DNA of 64,000 nucleotides from an uncultured Gammaproteobacteria bacterium (GTDB lineage: Bacteria; Patescibacteriota; Microgenomatia; UBA12405), in the NCBI GenBank assembly GCA_964544275.1, contig CAZIZX010000002.1, forward strand, positions 2,056-66,055, in the 5' to 3' direction. Each line of letters starts with the position of its first letter. Position 1 is the stretch's first letter. A model generated the notes under the pieces. It had not been told where the DNA came from and searched no databases. It saw only the letters and a program-made list of their open reading frames with translations. Position numbers and translations under genes: made by a program. Shown in pieces: positions 19,645 through 28,757 of this stretch.

Positions 19645-20281
19645 CAGTTTCCCGGTCGATTTGACGGGTGAGATTTTGGGAAGAATCGAGTAATGATTGA
19701 GAGATTTTTTTGATTTTGACAAGTTCATTTTTTTGATTGGGGGTGAGTTTGGGATTGGATTGAAGGAGAGAGACAGAATCAAGGATGTCAAGCAGGTGGT
19801 TTTTGAAATCAAGAGAAAGGAAAAAGAAGATGTCGGTTTCATTCTTGGCGAGACTGTTGGTCATTTTGAGATTATTCAGGTATTGACGGCCGACGTACCA
19901 AGCCAGGGGTGAAATGAAAACGAGTGATAGAAGAGGGAGGAGGGAAGAAGTGGAGTTGAGAGATTGGGATAGGAGTATTATGAGAAAAAGAGAGTAAGCT
20001 AGGGTGGTGCTAGGCGGATGGTGAAAGGCCAGGACAAATAAGAGGAAGTAAATTAAGAAAAAGAAAGGTGAGCTGAGACCCGAGGTGCCAAAGACAATGA
20101 GGTTGATTAAAAGGGAGACGAGGAATAAATTAAGAGTTTGGCGGCGAAGAGAAACGGTTAACAGGACAATTGAGATAAGGGCAATAATTTGGGGTAGATA
20201 ATGAGAAAGCGGGGTGAGAGAAAGGAGAAACCCAAAAAGGGAGGTGAGCGACAATAATGAAATAACTGTTAGTTGTGACAT
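19634..20281 (-). CDS. Multi-TM membrane protein with C-terminal helical tail
   Basis: About 4-5 hydrophobic segments, TSGLSSPFFFLIYFLLF motif, coiled C-terminus. Confidence 0.6.
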   Translation of the reverse strand: MSQLTVISLLSLTSLFGFLLSLTPLSHYLPQIIALISIVLLTVSLRRQTLNLFLVSLLINLIVFGTSGLSSPFFFLIYFLLFVLAFHHPPSTTLAYSLFLIILLSQSLNSTSSLLPLLSLVFISPLAWYVGRQYLNNLKMTNSLAKNETDIFFFLSLDFKNHLLDILDSVSLLQSNPKLTPNQKNELVKIKKISQSLLDSSQNLTRQIDRETDET

Positions 20282-20345
20282 GATGTAATTTTAGTATAGT
20301 CAAAATTTTGTCTATTAACGAGAGGGAATCAAGTGCTAGACTGAG

Positions 20346-20927
20346 ATGGTGTTGAATAAATTACATAAGTTTAGCTGGCTGGATTTGGTTTTGTTGGCTG
20401 GTTTGGGGTTGATCGTGGTTGGGTTGGGGATGAGTATACGAAACAGTAGCAAAACGGCTGAGGTGGAAATAATTAAGAGAGGGAAAGCGGAAGAAGCAGA
20501 AGTTGATAGTGATATTATGGTTGACATAGCAGGAGAGGTGATAAAACCTGGAGTTTACAAATTGAGGCGAGGGATGAGAATAAATGATGGGTTGGCGGCG
20601 GCGGGCGGGTTATCGGCTGGGGCAGATAGGGAATGGGTAGAAAAAAGTTTAAACAGGGCGGAGTTGGTATATGATGGACTGAAAATATATATTCCAAAAC
20701 AAGGGGAAGTGATGGCCAGTGTGGCTGAAGCTGGCGGCAAAATCAGTATTAACCGATCCGGGCTGGAAGAGCTAAATAAATTGACGGGGATCGGGCCAGC
20801 TTTGGCCCAGAGAATAATTGACTATCGGGAGAAAATGGGTGGATTTAAAAATGTAGAAGAGATAAAGGCGGTAAGTGGAATTGGAGAAAAGATGTATGAA
20901 AAAATCAAAGACGAGATTAGTTTGTGA
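20346..20927 (+). CDS. comEA: Competence DNA receptor ComEA
   Basis: TM, SLBB (VDIAGEVIKPGVY), HhH (ISIN...EL..L.GIGP.LA.RI..YR...GGF). Confidence 0.93.
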   Translation: MVLNKLHKFSWLDLVLLAGLGLIVVGLGMSIRNSSKTAEVEIIKRGKAEEAEVDSDIMVDIAGEVIKPGVYKLRRGMRINDGLAAAGGLSAGADREWVEKSLNRAELVYDGLKIYIPKQGEVMASVAEAGGKISINRSGLEELNKLTGIGPALAQRIIDYREKMGGFKNVEEIKAVSGIGEKMYEKIKDEISL

Positions 20928-21852
20928 GGAGTGGGGGATAAACTTTGGTTTGGTGGTAGCGATATATTTGATGTATAGGTTTATAGATAAGCAGGGTTTG
21001 ATTGATGTGGTTTGGCGAGCTTTGCCGGACAGGGAAGCCGGTTTGTTGTCGGGAATGCTTTTGGGGGTGAAGGATTTTGAGGGGCAGTTTTATAATGATT
21101 TAAAGGAGGTGGGGTTGGTTCATCTGGTGGTGGCCAGTGGAGCTAATGTGGCTTTGATAACCAGGATGGTGACTGAAAAGCTGGCAGGTTGGCTGGGTAG
21201 GAAAAGGGCTGTCGTGTTGGGCTTGGCAGCGGTTTGGGGATATGCCCGAATGGTGGGGTGGGAGGCGCCGATTATTAGAGCAGCGATCTTGATTTCGATT
21301 TTTTATTGGGGCCAATTGTTGGGAAGGAAATACAATGTGTTGAGGGGTTTGGGATTGGCGATAATAGTTATGATGGTGGCGAATTTCGACTATGTGACTT
21401 CAGTGAGTTTTTGGTTGAGCGTGGTGGCTTTTGGGGCAATTGCGATAAGAAATAATGAGGGACAAGGAAAGATGTGGCTGGTAGACGATTTAAAAACTAC
21501 AGGTTGGGTAAGTTTGTGGGTTAGTCCAATATTGGCCAAAGTATTTGGGGAGTTTAGTTTGGTGGGACCAATGATTGGCGCATTTTGTTTGTTTCTGGTG
21601 GAATATATTAGTGTGGTGGGAGGAGTGGGGGTGTTAGTTGGGTTAGTTTGGCCGTTTGGAGGAAGGTTGATATTGATGTTTTTGTATCCATTTTTAAAGT
21701 ATTTAGTTATGGTTTCTGAGGGCGTTGGTAGTTGGTCGTGGATAACTGTAGATTTGAATTTTAATTGGTATCTTTTGGCGGGATGGTATGTGGTACTTTT
21801 GTATGTATTACTGAGGAGAGTTAATGAAAACAAGAATCCTGCTTTTATTTAG
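20896..21852 (+). CDS. comEC: ComEC/Rec2 competence channel domain (start uncertain)
   Basis: GLLSGMLLG, GLVHLVVASGAN, PIIRA, SFWLS; multi-TM. Confidence 0.85.
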   Translation: MKKSKTRLVCEEWGINFGLVVAIYLMYRFIDKQGLIDVVWRALPDREAGLLSGMLLGVKDFEGQFYNDLKEVGLVHLVVASGANVALITRMVTEKLAGWLGRKRAVVLGLAAVWGYARMVGWEAPIIRAAILISIFYWGQLLGRKYNVLRGLGLAIIVMMVANFDYVTSVSFWLSVVAFGAIAIRNNEGQGKMWLVDDLKTTGWVSLWVSPILAKVFGEFSLVGPMIGAFCLFLVEYISVVGGVGVLVGLVWPFGGRLILMFLYPFLKYLVMVSEGVGSWSWITVDLNFNWYLLAGWYVVLLYVLLRRVNENKNPAFI

Positions 21853-22600
21853 TGCAATTTTTTTGGTGGCGGCATATTTGATAGCGATGCCTGACGGGAG
21901 GGCGAGAATAATATTTTGTGATGTGGGACAAGGTGATGCTATATTGGTGAGCCGGGGATTTGAACAGATATTGGTGGATACCGGGACTGACAATAAAAAA
22001 GTGTTGAGGTGTTTGGACAAGTACCTAGCTTTTTGGGATAAGAATATTGATTTGTTAATTATTAGCCATGAGGATAAAGACCATTTCGGAGGATTGGCGG
22101 ATGTGGAAAAGAATTATAAGATAGGAGAGATAGTATATGGGGTGAGTCAGAGTAAAGAATTTGAACAAAAAAGTAATGCAAAACAAGTGAGGAGAAATGA
22201 TATTGTCAGAATGGGGGATATATATTTTGAGGTGGTAAATCCGGAGGAAAAATTCATAAGTAATTTTGGAGATAATGATAATTCGGTAGCTGGTATCTTA
22301 AAATATAAAGATATAAGAATATTGTTGACAGGAGATGTGTCAGAGGAGGTGGAGAAGATGTGGGTGTGGAGAGAAATGCTGACGGAGCGAATTGATGTGT
22401 TAAAAGTAGCGCATCATGGGTCGGGCCATTCGACCAGCGGTGAGTTTTTGGATTTAATCAAACCAATTGAGGCGGTGATTAGTGTAGGGAAGAATAGTTA
22501 TGGACATCCAAGTGGAGAAGTGTTGGAGAGACTGGAAAAGAGAGGGGTAAAGGTGAGGAGAACAGACGATGGAGGAGACGTGGTTTTCTTTATTGATTAA
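21824..22600 (+). CDS. ComEC-type metallo-beta-lactamase-fold domain as separate gene
   Basis: CDVGQGDA, SHEDKDH, NDNSV, LLTGD, LKVAHHGS, NSYGHP. Confidence 0.9.
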   Translation: MKTRILLLFSAIFLVAAYLIAMPDGRARIIFCDVGQGDAILVSRGFEQILVDTGTDNKKVLRCLDKYLAFWDKNIDLLIISHEDKDHFGGLADVEKNYKIGEIVYGVSQSKEFEQKSNAKQVRRNDIVRMGDIYFEVVNPEEKFISNFGDNDNSVAGILKYKDIRILLTGDVSEEVEKMWVWREMLTERIDVLKVAHHGSGHSTSGEFLDLIKPIEAVISVGKNSYGHPSGEVLERLEKRGVKVRRTDDGGDVVFFID

Positions 22601-23582
22601 CGTGGGCGAAGGTGGCGGCAGATATTTTTTTGATAGTTTGCGATAAGTTGTCAAAATCTTGTCCTCGGGTCATAACGCAAAGAAGATATGGTTTTTGGGG
22701 ATGATAGATGATACCGCAGTCATGGAGTTGTTTTTCGTGGGAGGGGAGGAATTGACGCTCGCCGAATTTGTGAGCGACGTCTATATTTTTGGGTACACCG
22801 GCACGAAGAGCGTTAGTGTACTTGGTTTGGGTTAATAATTTGAGAGCTTTTTCAGACATGGTTTGATTTAGATAGGAGGCGTTGAAAAGAATTCGGTAAA
22901 AGGCGGCGTAGTCTTTGACCCTGATTATGTTGCCGGACGGATTGTCTTTGGCTTTGCTAAGATTGATACCTAATAAGTCGTAAATGTGATAAATTTTTGA
23001 GTTGTCAATGTTTTCGGCTAAAGTTTCGTAGGCCTGATTGTCGGAATAGATGATCATGCGATTGATAAGTTCTTCAACAGAATATTCTTTGTTGGCAATA
23101 ACGGTTGTTTCTGGGTCAATATTTTGATCTTCGGGATTATAGATTTCTTTGTTGACAATTAGTTTCTGGAGAATTTCAGGATGAGTCTCGGCCTCTTTGT
23201 AATAGGCCATCATGACAGGAACTTTGATCAGACTGGCCGGGGAAAAGAGCTCTTTTTCTTTTATACCTATCCAAGGTCCATTGTTGAGGTCGCGGTAATA
23301 GATGGATATAAATTGAGCGTTGTTTTGAGAAACTTGGTCAGCAATGATATTTTCAAAAGATTTTTTGAGAGTTAAAAGGCCGGTTTCGTTTGTAGACTGG
23401 GAGTTTTCGCACTCAAGGAGGGGATTGGTGTAAGAATTGTTTTGTTTACTTCTAATTTCGCTAAATACGGAGGTAGAGGTGGAGGTGGGGGGGTTAATGG
23501 CATAGGAAATTATCAGGCCCAAAAAAATTCCGCCAATTGAAAAAAATAAACAGTTAAGCTTTTGGTTAGAAAAATGAGCCAT
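22590..23582 (-). CDS. Class A beta-lactamase-like serine hydrolase, membrane anchored
   Basis: SxxK (ASLIK), SDN and KFG motifs; N-terminal TM. Confidence 0.85.
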   Translation of the reverse strand: MAHFSNQKLNCLFFSIGGIFLGLIISYAINPPTSTSTSVFSEIRSKQNNSYTNPLLECENSQSTNETGLLTLKKSFENIIADQVSQNNAQFISIYYRDLNNGPWIGIKEKELFSPASLIKVPVMMAYYKEAETHPEILQKLIVNKEIYNPEDQNIDPETTVIANKEYSVEELINRMIIYSDNQAYETLAENIDNSKIYHIYDLLGINLSKAKDNPSGNIIRVKDYAAFYRILFNASYLNQTMSEKALKLLTQTKYTNALRAGVPKNIDVAHKFGERQFLPSHEKQLHDCGIIYHPQKPYLLCVMTRGQDFDNLSQTIKKISAATFAHVNQ

Positions 23583-23654
23583 GATTAGTAGTATATTAGC
23601 AGTATTTTGGATAGTATGAAGGGGGTAAGTTGGTGTGGTAAAATTCTGCCATAA

Positions 23655-26105
23655 ATGGCAGATAAATTATTTAAAAGCAGAGAAAGAAAATGGCAGAAGT
23701 ACTGGGAAGAACACCCTGAGTTTTATAGGGTGAAAGGTGAAGATGATAAAACGAAGAAAAAGTATGTATTGGTAGAATTTCCTTATCCATCGGGAAGTGG
23801 TTTGCACATTGGGCATACTTTTACTTTTACAGGAGGAGATGTGTATGCTAGGTATTTGAGGATGAGAGGATTTGAGGTGCTGTTCCCAATGGGGTGGGAT
23901 GCTTTTGGGCTGCCAACGGAAAATTATGCAATAAAAAGCGGCAGGAAGCCTCAAGAGGTGACGAAGGAAAATACGGATATGTTCCGAAAACAAATGAAAG
24001 AACTAGCTTTTTCATTTGACTGGAGCCGGGAAGTTAATACGAGCGACCCGAATTATTACAAGTGGACACAGTGGATATTCATACAGTTGTATAAACATGG
24101 ATTAGCTTATAAGCAGGAGATGCCGATTAACTGGTGCCCATCATGCAAGACGGGCCTGGCCAATGAGGAGGTGGTGGAGGGGAAGTGTGAAAGATGTGGG
24201 TCAGAAGTAAGCCGGAGAAATATTTCTCAATGGGTGGTGAAAATAACCAATTATGCAGATAAGCTTTTGGAAGGATTAGAAAAAACAGATTTTGTGGAGA
24301 AAGTGAAGGCGGCCCAGATAAATTGGATTGGGAAGTCGGAGGGAGTAAAGGTCAGGTTTAAACTACCCGATAGTCACGACTTGGAGGTGTTTACCACCAG
24401 ACCGGATACTTTGTTCGGGGCGACTTTTATGGTAGTGGCACCAGAACACGAGTTGGCTTTGGAGGCGGCAAAGACAAAAAAAGAAGTGGAGGCTTATTTG
24501 GAGGCGGCCAGGAAAAAATCGGACATGGAAAGGACGGAACTGAACAAGGAGAAAACGGGGGTATTTTCCGGTGTTTATGCAATCAACCCGGTGAACGATA
24601 AGGAAATTCCAGTTTGGGTTTCCGATTTCGTATTAGCGTCTTATGGTACCGGGGCAATTATGAGTGTGCCGGCTCATGATGGGAGAGATTGGGCTTTTGC
24701 TAAAAAATTCGATTTGCCGATTGTGCCGGTGGTGGAAACGGAGAGCAAGTGGGATTTTGACAAGAGGGCCAGAGAGGAAGTGGACGAGGGAAAGATGATG
24801 AATTCGGATTTTATAAATGGTATGACGCCAAAGATGGCAATTGAAAAAATGACAGTCTGGCTGGAAGAAAAGCAGTTGGGAGTCAGGACTAATTCGTATC
24901 ATCTGAGAGATTGGATATTTAGTCGACAACATTATTGGGGAGAGCCGATTCCGATGATATATTGTGATGAGTGCGGTTGGCAGCCAGTTGAGGAAAAAGA
25001 TTTGCCGGTGAGATTACCGGAGGTAGAAAAATATGAGCCGAACGATAGGGGTGAAAGTCCTTTGGCTAATATATCAGAATGGGTGAATACGACTTGTCCT
25101 GGGTGTGGCGGTAGGGCTAAAAGAGAAACGGACACAATGCCCAACTGGGCTGGTTCAGATTGGTATTTTTTGAGATATATTGATCCTATAAATGATATAG
25201 TTTTAGCTAGTTTGGAAAAGTTGAAATATTGGCTGCCGGTAGATATTTATGTAGGGGGTGACGAACACAACACGCTTCATTTGCTATATTCCAGATTTAT
25301 ATATAAGTTTTTGTATGATATTGGAGTGGTGCCAGAGGAAATTGAAGAGCCGTACTATAAAAGATTGTCTCATGGGGTAATTTTGGGTTCAGATAACCAG
25401 AGAATGAGTAAGTCCCGAGGGAATGTAATATTGCCAGAAACAGTGTCTGCCGAATATGGAGTGGACGTAGTGAGAATGTATTTGATGTTTATGGGGCCGT
25501 TTGACAGCACTATGGCCTGGAACGAAAAGACATTAATGGGGGTGAAGAGGTTTCTGGACAGGTTTGAAAAGCAGGTGAAGCTAAAAATTGAGCAGTTAGA
25601 TACGATTAGTGCTAGCAGTCATGATGTGAAAGTGATAATAAACAAGTTAATTAAAGGGGCGGGAGAGGATTTGGCTAAGTTGAGATTTAATACCATGATA
25701 GCCAAGATGATGGAAGCGTTAAATGAATTATCAACAGAGGAGAGAGTGATGGACAGAAGTGATGTCAAGGCGTTGATTCAAGTTTTGGCCCCGGTGGCGC
25801 CATACTTGTCTGAGGACCTGTGGAGTAGAGTGAGAGAAGAAGCTGATCCGGTTTCGGTGCATGTGAGCCGGTGGCCTGAGATTAATGAAAGTTATTTGAT
25901 AGAAGAAAAAATTAAAATGGCGGTGGCGGTGAACGGAAAAGTTCGGGATGAGATAGAGGTTGAGTCCGGTTTGGTTAATGAAGAAGAGATGGTAGTTGGT
26001 TTGGCCAGAAATCTTTCCAAGATAAAGAGCTGGATTGAAGGGAAAGAGGTGGTAAAGGAATTTTATGTACCCGGGAAGATGGTTAATTTTGTAGTGAGAG
26101 AATAA
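23655..26105 (+). CDS. leuS: Leucine--tRNA ligase
   Basis: FPYPSG.GLHIGH, GWDAFGLP.EN, FTTRPDT, RMSKS. Confidence 0.97.
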   Translation: MADKLFKSRERKWQKYWEEHPEFYRVKGEDDKTKKKYVLVEFPYPSGSGLHIGHTFTFTGGDVYARYLRMRGFEVLFPMGWDAFGLPTENYAIKSGRKPQEVTKENTDMFRKQMKELAFSFDWSREVNTSDPNYYKWTQWIFIQLYKHGLAYKQEMPINWCPSCKTGLANEEVVEGKCERCGSEVSRRNISQWVVKITNYADKLLEGLEKTDFVEKVKAAQINWIGKSEGVKVRFKLPDSHDLEVFTTRPDTLFGATFMVVAPEHELALEAAKTKKEVEAYLEAARKKSDMERTELNKEKTGVFSGVYAINPVNDKEIPVWVSDFVLASYGTGAIMSVPAHDGRDWAFAKKFDLPIVPVVETESKWDFDKRAREEVDEGKMMNSDFINGMTPKMAIEKMTVWLEEKQLGVRTNSYHLRDWIFSRQHYWGEPIPMIYCDECGWQPVEEKDLPVRLPEVEKYEPNDRGESPLANISEWVNTTCPGCGGRAKRETDTMPNWAGSDWYFLRYIDPINDIVLASLEKLKYWLPVDIYVGGDEHNTLHLLYSRFIYKFLYDIGVVPEEIEEPYYKRLSHGVILGSDNQRMSKSRGNVILPETVSAEYGVDVVRMYLMFMGPFDSTMAWNEKTLMGVKRFLDRFEKQVKLKIEQLDTISASSHDVKVIINKLIKGAGEDLAKLRFNTMIAKMMEALNELSTEERVMDRSDVKALIQVLAPVAPYLSEDLWSRVREEADPVSVHVSRWPEINESYLIEEKIKMAVAVNGKVRDEIEVESGLVNEEEMVVGLARNLSKIKSWIEGKEVVKEFYVPGKMVNFVVRE

Positions 26106-26121
26106 GGTAAAATAGAGATAG

Positions 26122-27351
26122 ATGGAAGAGCAGAAATTGGTAGAACTGAATAATGGTATCAGGCTGGTTTTGGTTCCGGTAGCGGGTTTGAGAGCGGTAA
26201 CTACGGAAGTGTTTTTTATGATGGGATCAAAGTACGAGACAAAAGATGAACAAGGAATTAGCCACTTTTTGGAGCATATGGCATTTAAGGGAAGCAAAAA
26301 GCGGTTGAGTGCTTATGATATTAACGGTGAAATAGACGGCAAGGGAGCTTCTTACAATGCAGGGACGAGTTATGAAACGACTTCGTATCACATTACTACA
26401 GTGAAGGAGAGTTTACCCTGGGCGGTGGAAATATTATCGGATATTTTGATTAACGCTACATACCCGGAAAATGAAGTAATAAAAGAAAGAGGGGTGATAG
26501 CTGAGGAAATAAAAATGTATCAAGACAATCCAATGATGGGTTTGAGTGGGGATTTTACAGAGTTTATGTACGGAAGGTCCCCGATTGGCTGTTGGAATAT
26601 TGCCGGTAGAGTGGGCGATGTAGTGAGAATAGACCGAAAGCAGCTGGTTGATTACAGGAATAGATACTTGAATACCAAAGACTTGGTAATAGTGGTGGCG
26701 GGAGATGTGAACGAGGCAGTAGAAGAGGATGTTAAGAAATATTTTGGTGGGCTGGAGGTTAGACCGAGTGTTTTGCCGGAGGTTGAAATTATATTAACGG
26801 AAGACAAGGAAAAGAAAGTTAGACGAAAGGAAATTGAGCAGGGCCATTTTTGTATGGGATTGCCGACGATAGCGCGAAACGATAAAAGAAGATACGCGCT
26901 GAAATTGCTGGACTTAATATTGTGTGGGAATACGTCATCTAGGTTATATAACCTGATTCGGGAAGAAAAAGGATGGGCTTATTATATATTTTCTGCCAGC
27001 GAGTCGTTAAAAGAGGATGGTTTTTGGGCGGTCCAGTCGGGAGTAAAGATGGATAAGCTGAATGAGGCGATAGAATTGTGCCAGGAGGAAATAACAAGTT
27101 TGAGTGGGACGTTGACTGAGGGAGAGCTACAGAGATCCAAGGACTATGTGATGGGTAAGATGAAATTGGCAATGGACAGGAGTGACTTTTGGTCGGGGTT
27201 CGTTGGCAGGAGATTGCTGCTGGACGGAGAGCTGGTTAAGTTGGAAGAAGAACTGACAAAGTATAGACAGGTAAGTATTGGAGAAGTGAGAGAAGTGGCC
27301 CGAACTTTTTTCGTGAAAAAGAATATAAGAATTATGACAGTTTCACGATAA
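26122..27351 (+). CDS. M16 (pitrilysin) family zinc peptidase
   Basis: HFLEHMAFKG inverted zinc motif, ERGVIAEEI, SSRL...IRE. Confidence 0.93.
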   Translation: MEEQKLVELNNGIRLVLVPVAGLRAVTTEVFFMMGSKYETKDEQGISHFLEHMAFKGSKKRLSAYDINGEIDGKGASYNAGTSYETTSYHITTVKESLPWAVEILSDILINATYPENEVIKERGVIAEEIKMYQDNPMMGLSGDFTEFMYGRSPIGCWNIAGRVGDVVRIDRKQLVDYRNRYLNTKDLVIVVAGDVNEAVEEDVKKYFGGLEVRPSVLPEVEIILTEDKEKKVRRKEIEQGHFCMGLPTIARNDKRRYALKLLDLILCGNTSSRLYNLIREEKGWAYYIFSASESLKEDGFWAVQSGVKMDKLNEAIELCQEEITSLSGTLTEGELQRSKDYVMGKMKLAMDRSDFWSGFVGRRLLLDGELVKLEEELTKYRQVSIGEVREVARTFFVKKNIRIMTVSR

Positions 27352-27870
27352 TTGAGTAAAAAATTCTTGGAAAAAGCGGCTTTTAGCAATCGATTGTTTT
27401 TCTGCTAAGGAGATTTTTGATAGTTTTTTCTGAGAAAATAGGGGTTTTAACAAGATTTCGGTTGTTTGTTTCTATAGTGGAAAAGTTGATAAAGTTAAGA
27501 GGCGTATTCTGGGGTAAATGATGTATTTTGTAATAGTTTAAGGAGAATTAATAAAAACAGGGGTAAATGTTGATTGAAAATTATGAACTTGATGGAGGGG
27601 GAAGTGAAGTTTTGTGGCTATATGCGGTTTTTATGTTATAAATACGATTTATTTGATATAAATAGGTAGGGGTTTTTGAAAGAAATAATGCGGATAAATT
27701 ATAGTGATATTTAATGGTAAAAATGTTGATTAAAGAAATAAAAATACTGCGGGAAAAAACAAAAATAAAGCGGTGAAATGGTTGATAAGAGGCTAAAAAG
27801 TGCGGTAAAAAAATAAGTTAATGCGGTAATATTGAAAATGGATGAAGGAGGGTTAAGAGAAAATGAATTC

Positions 27871-27945
27871 TGGTGTCCCCACCAGGAATCGAACCTGGAT
27901 TTGTCGCTTAGGAGGCGACTGTTCTATCCATTGAACTATGAGGAC
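27871..27945 (-). tRNA. tRNA-Arg(CCT)
   Basis: GTCCTCATAGTTCAATGGATAGAAC-A-GTCGC-CTCCTAA-GCGAC...GGTTCGATTCC...GGGGAC-A-CCA cloverleaf. Confidence 0.95.
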
Positions 27946-28006
27946 GGGTATCAAAGAGGGATACTGGCGGGAACTTGAGAAGACAAGCTTTTGGACCAGT
28001 ACCTAG

Positions 28007-28080
28007 TCGGGGATACTGGATTCGAACCAGCAACCTCGCGAACCCGAATCGCGCGCGCTAGCCAATTGCGCCAATCCCCG
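28007..28080 (-). tRNA. tRNA-Pro(CGG), CCA not encoded
   Basis: CGGGGATTGGCGCAATTGGCTAGCGC...CGCGA-TTCGGGT-TCGCG...GGTTCGAATCC...ATCCCCG-A. Confidence 0.95.
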
Positions 28081-28384
28081 TTTTGGATATGGTGTATTAT
28101 AACTTATTTGGTTGAGAAGTCAGTTAAATTTATTATGATATGTTTAGAGTTATAAAGGTAGATAAAGATATAGATAAGCTGGCAGTCGAGTGGTGTTACT
28201 GGCAGATTAGGTAAGGGATTGCTAGATAAGATTTAATGAATATTAGTCAGATAAACCCAAATAAAGTTAATGTTTCTGTATTTGGGTGAAGGTTTTAGAA
28301 GTTTTTCGGGGTGAAATGATGTGGTTAAAATATAGGATATGCCCAAGGGCTTGACTATAGGAACCAGAGTAATTAAACTGAAGT

Positions 28385-28750
28385 ATGACAGATAATCAAA
28401 GAAATGCGAGAACATTGATAGTTTGTTTTTCGATAGCTTATTTGGTCCTGATCCCATTGAGGATGGTTGAAATCGGAAGAGATCGGGTCGAAAATAATGT
28501 TGGGGAAATGAGTGTTTTGGGGGAGCAGACACGGGTGGAATTACCGGATGCAGAGCTTTCCGGCTTGGAATTACCTTATAGAGAGATTGAGGCGGAAGAA
28601 TTAAAGAGTGACAGCTGCCTGGATGAAGTTGAGGCAAGAGAGCTTTTGGGTGATTATGTGGAGTACCTAGGTGAGGAAAATTTAACTGAAACTCAAATTG
28701 ATGAAGTACTAGACCAGATAAGGAATGTCCAAAAAGAGATTTGCCGATAG
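28385..28750 (+). CDS. Hypothetical membrane-anchored acidic protein
   Basis: N-terminal TM; TTGACT-17-TAAACT promoter ending 5 nt before the ATG. Confidence 0.7.
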   Translation: MTDNQRNARTLIVCFSIAYLVLIPLRMVEIGRDRVENNVGEMSVLGEQTRVELPDAELSGLELPYREIEAEELKSDSCLDEVEARELLGDYVEYLGEENLTETQIDEVLDQIRNVQKEICR

Positions 28751-28757
28751 GCGGTGG

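Noticed and set aside
22590-23582. Antibiotic-resistance beta-lactamase
   Set aside because: Membrane-anchored class A-like hydrolase with KFG; a wall-remodelling role is equally likely and resistance cannot be supported from sequence.
27352-27870. Replication origin in the AT-rich spacer (also 31036-31400)
   Set aside because: G-skew does not appear to switch, no dnaA/dnaN is nearby, and there is no dense cluster of perfect DnaA boxes.
27958-28019. 10-bp copy (GGGATACTGG) of the tRNA-Pro 3' region as an att scar
   Set aside because: Too short, only about 50 bp away, and no cargo or integrase.
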